Virus record (IMG/VR): IMGVR_UViG_3300032288_003086
Coordinates: 60,087 to 124,086 of that record
DNA from: a virus
Length of the DNA stretch: 64,000 nt
Strand: one strand, 5' to 3'
Below are positions 49,023 through 55,730 of the stretch, piece after piece. The notes under the pieces were generated by a model. The model was given only the letters and a program-made list of their open reading frames with translations. It ran no database searches and was not told the origin of the DNA. Positions within the stretch are counted from its first letter, which is position 1, and every line of letters starts with the position of its first letter. The position numbers and the translations under genes are program-made.

Positions 49023-49400
49023 TTATTTGCTTTCCATCTCTTTGCGCTGGCTATCTTCCATGAACAGGATTGCCTTGATAATGTCTTTCTTATCAGCATA
49101 TGGCAATAAGTCCTTGTATTGTTTGCGCAGCACTTTGATATGACGGTAGCTGGACTTGTTTATCTTCTTCCATCTTTGTTTGGTAAACCCATTGGATGGT
49201 ACATTCTCCAATGAATTTACAAAGGGCATGTTGGGCAGGGTTGTGATTGACGAGGCTACAATCTCTATGTAGGTCCTAGTCAAGGACAGCTTACCCATTT
49301 TCTCCAATTCAAGTTCTCTGGCTTTGAGGGAATCAGCTTGAGTCTGTCCAAAGGCATAGGAGCTCATGCAGACCATAATTGCAATAAGGGTTTTTTTCAT
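49023..49400 (-). CDS. Exported hypothetical protein
   Basis: Signal peptide MKKTLIAIMVCMSSYAFG-Q. Confidence 0.65.
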   Translation of the reverse strand: MKKTLIAIMVCMSSYAFGQTQADSLKARELELEKMGKLSLTRTYIEIVASSITTLPNMPFVNSLENVPSNGFTKQRWKKINKSSYRHIKVLRKQYKDLLPYADKKDIIKAILFMEDSQRKEMESK

Positions 49401-49419
49401 TCAGGGTTGGTTTTAGTGA

Positions 49420-49806
49420 TTAGTCCATATCTTTTAACTTGTCAATCAACTTCTTAAGGGTCTGAATGGAAGACTCCTTGCTCTCTTCAAACTCCATTAC
49501 GCCGCGTATTACAAAAGATCTGATCAGTTCTGGGGAACCCGTATTGATAATAGCTTCTATGATCTGACTCTTCTTCTCAATAGCATCATCATTTTTCATC
49601 TTGAAATACTCTTCCATGATTTTGGAGTTCATGGAATCAGGTAAACCACAAGCGTCAAATACACTCTTTTTGTCGTGGTCAAATGAGATAGGCTCATTGA
49701 CTGTCTCATTGGGGATGTTGGCAATAGCCCAATCTATATCAGATTTGGACAATTTGTTCTCAGTGGTCAGTAAGACCTCCATGATACGATGTTTGGTTGT
49801 CATCAC
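49420..49806 (-). CDS. Hypothetical protein
   Basis: 128 aa. Confidence 0.65.
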   Translation of the reverse strand: MMTTKHRIMEVLLTTENKLSKSDIDWAIANIPNETVNEPISFDHDKKSVFDACGLPDSMNSKIMEEYFKMKNDDAIEKKSQIIEAIINTGSPELIRSFVIRGVMEFEESKESSIQTLKKLIDKLKDMD

Positions 49807-49832
49807 TTTTGTGATTTAAGGGTTTACGGATA

Positions 49833-50189
49833 TTACTCTGCTACTTTAACATTCTTACGCTTGCGGCGGACTTTGTGTACAGTACGATGCACAGGTGTCA
49901 AATAGGTTTGATATGCACCTTTTGTATCATAACGCTTCACTAGATTCCACACATAGTCAGGATGGAGCAGGTAGCACTTATTGATTAACTTGTCTGCATG
50001 ACAGGTAGCATCAGAGATAGTAATCATCGCAGCTGTATTGTCCACAGTAACCTCAAAGGGTTGCAATGGCTTTTCAGCTTCATTCACAAATGCATCAGGG
50101 AACAATTCCTTGAGCTTTTTGAAGTTCTTCTTGCCTGCTATCTCAACAAGCAATTCTTTTGTAATACTGATTTCGATAGGCTTTTTCAT
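49833..50189 (-). CDS. Hypothetical protein
   Basis: 118 aa, basic C-terminus. Confidence 0.62.
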   Translation of the reverse strand: MKKPIEISITKELLVEIAGKKNFKKLKELFPDAFVNEAEKPLQPFEVTVDNTAAMITISDATCHADKLINKCYLLHPDYVWNLVKRYDTKGAYQTYLTPVHRTVHKVRRKRKNVKVAE

Positions 50190-50202
50190 GTTGGTTTTGG
50201 GA

Positions 50203-50646
50203 TTAATAGATTAATTTATAAGTGATAGGATACGAGCCTCCGCCATTGCAGAGATGCATAATTGAATCAGACAAATTTACATAATAGGTATAGAATCCCA
50301 CACTCCCTGTCAACTGTGTAATTTTCTGTTGATTATCTACATTGACCACAGCATTGAAGTTCTGGGCAGTATATGTGTAACGCATACCTACTTGTGTATT
50401 GTTATCCACAAGCTTTGTAGTATCAACAGGGGTGAGTACTCCACTATCCCAATTAGAAGCAGGTATCTGCAATGAGAAGCTGGGATGCACAGACTTGACA
50501 CTAGGCTTGGTATCCTCATCCTTACCACAGGAAGAGAACAATACTGCAACAATTAAAATACAAGCTATAGATACAATGGTTGTAGCTACACAGGCCACTA
50601 TTGCTATGGCCTTCAATATATTAGATAAGAATACATTCTTAATCAT
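50203..50646 (-). CDS. Lipoprotein
   Basis: Hydrophobic N-terminus then LFSS-CGKDED, resembling the Bacteroidota lipoprotein export signal. Confidence 0.65.
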   Translation of the reverse strand: MIKNVFLSNILKAIAIVACVATTIVSIACILIVAVLFSSCGKDEDTKPSVKSVHPSFSLQIPASNWDSGVLTPVDTTKLVDNNTQVGMRYTYTAQNFNAVVNVDNQQKITQLTGSVGFYTYYVNLSDSIMHLCNGGGSYPITYKLIY

Positions 50647-50671
50647 TTGAATATCAGTTTTTTAGTTAAAA

Positions 50672-50860
50672 TTAGGAAACACTATAGTGTAGATCATCTA
50701 GATCATCATCCTTTTGATCTTCCTCTTCCCAATCATGTGCAAACTCATTGAGGAATTGTCTGCAGGCATATTTCACATCCTCATCTTGATGATGATGAAG
50801 ACAACTCATCACCATACCTATGGTGTCTGAGAGCAGCTTTTCTTGTTCTTTTTTGTCCAT
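50672..50860 (-). CDS. Small acidic protein
   Basis: 62 aa. Confidence 0.55.
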   Translation of the reverse strand: MDKKEQEKLLSDTIGMVMSCLHHHQDEDVKYACRQFLNEFAHDWEEEDQKDDDLDDLHYSVS

Positions 50861-51002
50861 GTTAATTTTTTCTCACTGTTATACAAACACTTATGACTTT
50901 ACCCCTTGATTATGTCAGAATTATTGTGTAACTTATGTTTACATCAGTTACATGAACATAGGGGATATATTTTTCTTTGGTACTACCTTTCTTTGTCAGC
51001 TG

Positions 51003-51033
51003 AAAAAATGGGGGAAACGTGATGTCTCCCCCA
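51003..51033 (-). terminator. Intrinsic terminator
   Basis: ATGGGGGA/TCCCCCAT stem with T-run on the minus strand. Confidence 0.6.
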
Positions 51034-51055
51034 TACGATGGACAGCAATTACTTG

Positions 51056-51376
51056 TTAGTGATCTTTTGGACCACCATTCTGTGAATAGAACTCTCTCAA
51101 GTACTGTTCTTTGGCCCACTGCTTGCTGACTTGTTGTTCTAGCTGCTCTTGTTCGTGGGCTTCAATCATTTGATCAAAGATATCTTGGTCGAGCTTTTGC
51201 TCAACCACGTTATCCATGTCAGGTTCATCCTGATTATCTACCCATATCTGATATGTGTAGATGTCATTGATGTTATTGGTGATGAACTTACTGGAGAACT
51301 CTTCAATGGTACCAGTCCATGTACCATCTAAAGTACCTGATGAGTTGAAGATGATGTAATACCTGAATCTTTCCAT
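51056..51376 (-). CDS. Hypothetical acidic protein
   Basis: 106 aa. Confidence 0.62.
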   Translation of the reverse strand: MERFRYYIIFNSSGTLDGTWTGTIEEFSSKFITNNINDIYTYQIWVDNQDEPDMDNVVEQKLDQDIFDQMIEAHEQEQLEQQVSKQWAKEQYLREFYSQNGGPKDH

Positions 51377-51389
51377 GTGCTTTTGGGTT

Positions 51390-51593
51390 TTAGTAGTTAG
51401 ACGGATTATCCTTTTCCAATTGTTTGTTACTGAAATACCATATCACAAATCCTGTGATGAGCATCCATACACCTGCAATAAGAGCAGCGGTATTGTCTGC
51501 TGTGATTATGAATGGTACAATCAACCCCATTATGACGGTCATAGCGCCGATGAGGTTGACAATCACTAGTACTGCTTGATTAAATGTTTTCAT
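51390..51593 (-). CDS. Small two-TM membrane protein
   Basis: Start moved to MKTFNQ, directly after the repeated leader. Confidence 0.62.
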   Translation of the reverse strand: MKTFNQAVLVIVNLIGAMTVIMGLIVPFIITADNTAALIAGVWMLITGFVIWYFSNKQLEKDNPSNY

Positions 51594-51617
51594 GTATATG
51601 AGTTTTAAAGTTAGTCT
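51594..51617 (-). repeat. Conserved 24-nt early-gene leader, copy 1
   Basis: GTATATGAGTTTTAAAGTTAGTCT; 22/24 identical to 53647-53670. Confidence 0.7.
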
Positions 51618-51629
51618 CTGCATTAATAC

Positions 51630-51866
51630 CAATACACTTGGTCATAGTAACCTGTGGGATTACTACAACCTTGTGTATCAGCGTGATGTGTTCATACGGG
51701 TCACTTGCCTAAAAGGCGTTTGGACACTGATGTGCAGGAACATCAATCCTGGCTCATTATTCTAATGGCAAACTACCCCTGCGAGAGTGACCTCGCTTCT
51801 CATCATCTGGCACATAATGTATGTGGCTTTCGCGGCGGACTACCCAGGTTACAAGCCTAGGACGTG
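51630..51866 (-). ncRNA. Multi-hairpin structured RNA candidate
   Basis: At least six hairpins, several with G-U pairs valid only on the minus strand; no credible ORF. Confidence 0.5.
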
Positions 51867-51971
51867 TGACTGAGGGAGGACTCGAACCTCCTTATTAGGA
51901 ATAGCTAACAGTGGCAGTACTACCCAGGTTATCCATACTGGCATTGGTCGTTAGAGCAATACCACTCAGTC
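51867..51971 (-). ncRNA. tRNA-like RNA with expanded central arm
   Basis: Acceptor GACTGAG/CTCAGTC+A, T arm GGAGG-TTCGAGT-CCTCC; no canonical D or anticodon arm. Confidence 0.62.
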
Positions 51972-52034
51972 ATAAAAGCCTGAACAACAGACTTTACGGA
52001 GTCCATTGTTCAAGCTAGTTTATACTAATGCCTA

Positions 52035-52430
52035 TTAGAAGGCAGCATCGTTGTGGTCTACTACTACACGACGATTAGGAGTAATGCGAGGGCTGGCAGA
52101 TACATCAGCAGCACGACGATCACTTTCAAGCATACTACGCTTTAGTTCAAAGTCTTCTGAACCGATAGCTTTAAATACATCTACTAAGCGACCAGTCTCA
52201 GCTTCGTAGCCTCTGGACTTTACAATCTCCACATTGTTACCTTCGAAGTTGGTAGTGAAGAATAGTGGTTCACCTGTACCTTCTTCTTGACGGTAGTTGG
52301 CACCTTGAGTCATTTGAAAGTCTGCCAGTTCATCAGTTGTGAAGCTGTGCACTTTGTAGGTGTAAACACGGATACTCTTGCCAGTTGATTCTGACGTTTT
52401 GTTGTACTTGTTGATCAGTTTACCTTTCAT
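52035..52430 (-). CDS. Early hypothetical protein with flexible tail ending DHNDAAF
   Basis: 131 aa; hairpin element ~60 nt upstream. Confidence 0.72.
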   Translation of the reverse strand: MKGKLINKYNKTSESTGKSIRVYTYKVHSFTTDELADFQMTQGANYRQEEGTGEPLFFTTNFEGNNVEIVKSRGYEAETGRLVDVFKAIGSEDFELKRSMLESDRRAADVSASPRITPNRRVVVDHNDAAF

Positions 52431-52480
52431 GGTTTTGATTGATTTAAGTGTTAATAATATAAGAATTGTAGATATTAAGA

Positions 52481-52522
52481 AGTGAGGCCATATGTGGGGC
52501 CGAGCGGCGCGAGGCCCATATG
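52481..52522 (+). promoter_or_regulatory. AGTGAG + capped hairpin element, copy 1 (cap GAGCGGCGCGA)
   Basis: GGGCC/GGCCC stem extended by CATATG; AGTGAG 15 nt before the cap. Confidence 0.6.
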
Positions 52523-52565
52523 TATATACTACCTACTTAAAGTGTAGATAGTATATACAAAGGTT

Positions 52566-52760
52566 TTACTCCATCTCTTCGGTGGCTGCCAATCCCAGCC
52601 ATACAAAGAACAGGTAATAGACTACAGTACACCCTATCCATAATCCTGAAGAGAATATGTCTGAGGGACTGAAGGTGAACAGTGTGCATATACACAATGT
52701 CCACACTGCGATAAAAGGGAAAAGTACGATGATTAAACGAGCTATATTCTTCTTGGTCAT
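52566..52760 (-). CDS. Small two-TM membrane protein
   Basis: 64 aa, hydrophobic. Confidence 0.6.
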   Translation of the reverse strand: MTKKNIARLIIVLFPFIAVWTLCICTLFTFSPSDIFSSGLWIGCTVVYYLFFVWLGLAATEEME

Positions 52761-52893
52761 TTTATATAAGTGTTTGAGTTAGAGTCAATTAAAACCAGGC
52801 TCCTATCTGTTGAGGTCAAGGGTGCTACCCTTATTTCTCGAACCTTAGTGGATTTGTACCACCTGTGCAGCCTAGGAGCCTGGTATACTGTAA

Positions 52894-53316
52894 TTACTCA
52901 GACATTGCGTACTGAGTGGAGGCGTCACCATCCCAATAGTCAGCCTCGGAGACGACTTTGAGATAGGTGACTTTACGAGCAGTTTGAATCTGCTCATCAG
53001 TGAGACCACGCTTCAACATATCCTCGCAGATAGTGAAGGTAGTGTGACTAATGTGTTCCATACCATCATACTCATGAATGTGATACTCACATCCATCAGG
53101 TACTTCCTCGACAGCTAGTTCAGCAAACATACCACTGGCTTTGTCAAGACCAAAGCTAATAGCCTCGTTGACAATGCGCTTGTCATCGCGCATATTCCAA
53201 TAAGTACTGTCCAGTCCATGACTTGTGAACATATCAGGGTGGACAGATTCCAGGTGCTTTAAGAATTCTTTAGAGAATCCAAAGCCACCAAAACGTTGAT
53301 TGATTAATACCTTCAT
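52894..53316 (-). CDS. Conserved phage protein (IN..FGGF.FS...EYDG.E family)
   Basis: Motifs recognised; 140 aa. Confidence 0.72.
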   Translation of the reverse strand: MKVLINQRFGGFGFSKEFLKHLESVHPDMFTSHGLDSTYWNMRDDKRIVNEAISFGLDKASGMFAELAVEEVPDGCEYHIHEYDGMEHISHTTFTICEDMLKRGLTDEQIQTARKVTYLKVVSEADYWDGDASTQYAMSE

Positions 53317-53342
53317 GCGTTTGAGGGTTTAAAGGGTTAGAA

Positions 53343-53645
53343 TTACAAGTTATCTGCCACTACAGCAGAGTCAATTTCAGACAATGACCCCGCTATCAAG
53401 ATGGGGCAACTGGATTCAATATCCCACACATTGTACTTAATAACGCCGTTCACTTCAATGGGATCAAGGAAGTAGGCGTGGAGGTCAAGCTGCTGTTCAA
53501 TGTACTCATTGCCTTCAAAGAGATGATTATCAAACTCTTTCTTGGCGGCGGTGTAACCTTTAGTCTCACCAGAAGCAAAGGAGAATACAGCAACAATAGT
53601 AAGTGTAAAGGCTATGATAACAGCCAGGAAGATGTTGTTCTTCAT
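53343..53645 (-). CDS. N-terminal TM hypothetical protein
   Basis: 100 aa after conserved leader. Confidence 0.62.
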   Translation of the reverse strand: MKNNIFLAVIIAFTLTIVAVFSFASGETKGYTAAKKEFDNHLFEGNEYIEQQLDLHAYFLDPIEVNGVIKYNVWDIESSCPILIAGSLSEIDSAVVADNL

Positions 53646-53646
53646 T

Positions 53647-53670
53647 GTATATGGGTTTTAGAGTTAGTCT
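53647..53670 (-). repeat. Conserved 24-nt early-gene leader, copy 2
   Basis: GTATATGGGTTTTAGAGTTAGTCT. Confidence 0.7.
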
Positions 53671-53676
53671 AATAAA

Positions 53677-53825
53677 AATCCCTCTGCACTCAGTTGTAAT
53701 ACAATTCAAGGATGATGCACTTTTTGCACCTCTTTAAACCTAACCAACCCAGTAAACCTGGTTCATACTAATACGTCTATCAGCACATATTGGATTTTTT
53801 GTATTACAACTGGTGCATTGGGATT
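53677..53825 (-). ncRNA. ~150-nt element closed by a long terminal stem
   Basis: AATCCC..TGCAC.CAGTTGTAATACAA pairs with TTGTATTACAACTG-GTGCA..GGGATT. Confidence 0.55.
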
Positions 53826-54093
53826 AGTGCATAATGTGATAAGCATCCTGCAATCTCTTTTCAAGACTGCCCAGGTAAATACCCTCATCACTATACACTG
53901 GAAGCCTGAGAACATCAGCATTCAACTTAGTACCACCAAAATGCTCCATGTTGATCATATCAATAAGATAATGACCTACATAGAAGGCAATAGTCCAAGA
54001 ATACCCATTGTCCCTTTCAATTACTCGTAACAAAGGATCCTCTGTTGTTGTAAGTGTAGGAGCCCACCATCCTGTGTGAATGAAATCTTTCAT
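53824..54093 (-). CDS. Early hypothetical protein
   Basis: 89 aa after a degenerate leader copy (54098-54118). Confidence 0.6.
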   Translation of the reverse strand: MKDFIHTGWWAPTLTTTEDPLLRVIERDNGYSWTIAFYVGHYLIDMINMEHFGGTKLNADVLRLPVYSDEGIYLGSLEKRLQDAYHIMH

Positions 54094-54443
54094 TGGCGTA
54101 TATGATTTAGAGTTAGTTATCTAATGCCGCACTTTTTTTACTGAAAAGGGTAAATAGTGAAGTGAGATTGGAGGGGAATAGGTGTTGTACTCCCCTCACA
54201 ATCAATCACTTACAGACTAAAATGCTCCACATTCTCATGCTTCATAGCTAGTCTTTTGCTGTTGTAGCCATAAGTGGCCCAGTGTTAGCATAGTTCACAC
54301 TGTTAAGTCGATTACATGGTGCACTCCTTTGTAGTAATCCACACTGAATTGTGTGAACAACGCACACTGGCGAGTTTGCATTCCAGGGTGGTAGAGATTT
54401 CAGCTATTCAAGTTTAACAACAGTGAATAGGTATATTGTAAGA

Positions 54444-54485
54444 AGTGAGGAACAATGCAAGGGCGAGCGGAGCGAGCCCTATTGT
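54444..54485 (+). promoter_or_regulatory. AGTGAG + GAGCGGAGCGA hairpin element, copy 2
   Basis: AGGGC/GCCCT stem extended by ACAAT/ATTGT; AGTGAG 15 nt before the cap. Confidence 0.65.
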
Positions 54486-54511
54486 GTACAGGTGTAGTTA
54501 CTGTGTATGTA

Positions 54512-54532
54512 AGCACGAGCGGAGCGAGTGCT
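54512..54532 (+). promoter_or_regulatory. GAGCGGAGCGA hairpin element, copy 3 (no clear AGTGAG)
   Basis: AGCAC/GTGCT stem. Confidence 0.6.
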
Positions 54533-54830
54533 ATTTGTGCGATAACTTGAGTGTATAGAAAATAGTTTACGATGACTACCCATTTGTTTATATCCAAGCT
54601 TATACAGTACTCGCACCAAGGTTTCAGAGGGTTTCTCTAGATTGGTGTAGCCTGTAAGCATTGAATGGCAAAGAGGAATACTACAGGTTAATTACTCCTG
54701 TGTCATCGTAAACTATATAAAACCACCCGCTTTCTCTAAGCTTCTGTGCGGGTGGTATGAGAGAGTCCTTGTAGCTCAGGACATAAAAGCGAGGAGCCCG
54801 CTATGGACTCCCCGCTGTAAAGACTGCTGA

Positions 54831-55205
54831 TTAAAGCTCAGCATCTTCTGCACTCACCACGGGCTTGCGCACAGTGGTGGTGTTGGAGGTAGCTTTGCGT
54901 GCAGCGACTGCAGCTTGGCGTTGCTCCAAGGTCAGAACTGCTTGAGTCCTGAGGTAGAGGTTCCCAGTCTTGGGATTGATTGCACCCTCTATGTGCAATG
55001 TGTCCGCAGATTCGAACTGCGTACACCAGCGCAATTGGTCAGCCTCCTCGTCAAACTGGACGGTGGTATAACCTTTTGCGCCGTCCCTGCTAAGCTTCTC
55101 AGTGAAATACTGAAGAGTTAGAGGGTTGGCACTGATTTCGCTCAGTGAAGCGCCGTACCAGTTAGCGCCTGCGCTAGTGGTACGGATGTACATTGCTGTA
55201 ATCAT
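54831..55205 (-). CDS. First early gene; hypothetical protein with tail ending SAEDAEL
   Basis: 124 aa; hairpin element ~30 nt upstream. Confidence 0.7.
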   Translation of the reverse strand: MITAMYIRTTSAGANWYGASLSEISANPLTLQYFTEKLSRDGAKGYTTVQFDEEADQLRWCTQFESADTLHIEGAINPKTGNLYLRTQAVLTLEQRQAAVAARKATSNTTTVRKPVVSAEDAEL

Positions 55206-55219
55206 CGTAAATGGCTATT

Positions 55220-55256
55220 AGTGAGTGATATGCTGAGACCGAGCGGAGCGAGGTCT
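55220..55256 (+). promoter_or_regulatory. AGTGAG + GAGCGGAGCGA hairpin element, copy 4
   Basis: AGACC/GGTCT stem; AGTGAG 15 nt before the cap. Confidence 0.65.
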
Positions 55257-55447
55257 ATACAGTAAAATCCGCGTAGTTGGTACTATACTTCGCAACTACG
55301 CGGCGGTCACCGATGGTGCATGCTAGGCTTTCTCGCCATAGACTGCCTCCCTATAAGCCTTATAAGCTTCATAGAGAGATGTAGCATACACTACTACACC
55401 ATCGATGACCCAAGTTCTGAGCTTGGATTCCATCGTAGCTGGCTCAC

Positions 55448-55488
55448 AGTGAGGATGCTATGCACAGGCGAGCGGAGCGAGCCATGTG
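55448..55488 (+). promoter_or_regulatory. AGTGAG + GAGCGGAGCGA hairpin element, copy 5
   Basis: CACAGGC/GCCATGTG stem with bulge; AGTGAG 16 nt before the cap. Confidence 0.62.
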
Positions 55489-55730
55489 ATGTCTCTCTCT
55501 CCTTGAAAGAATTCTTTTTAAGTTGTTGCTAGATTTCGCGAGGCCTCTGTAAACTATGGGGGGTACCCCTCTGACTCCGCGAGGCCTGGGGGGTTGTTGC
55601 TAGGACCCCCACATCTCCTCTAATGTAGAGCATTTTACTATGGCGTTTTAGATAATTGATAATGAAAAGATTATCTAAATTCTAGCAACATATATGTGGG
55701 AGTGGTGAGGTGGATGATATAAGTGGTTGA

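Noticed and set aside
51780-51866. Theta/HDV-like or hammerhead ribozyme 3' of the tRNA-like element
   Set aside because: Could not build the HDV nested pseudoknot or find an exact CUGANGA...GAAA core with the required stems
54400-54661. ORFs 54400-54597 and 54479-54661 (also 55320-55532)
   Set aside because: They run through the hairpin elements, lack the A-rich leader and have no protein-like features
52489-55488. CRISPR array or mini-array interpretation of the GAGCGGAGCGA repeats
   Set aside because: Repeat is only 11-12 nt, spacing is irregular (52 to ~1960 nt), and flanks are self-complementary stems rather than spacers; no cas genes
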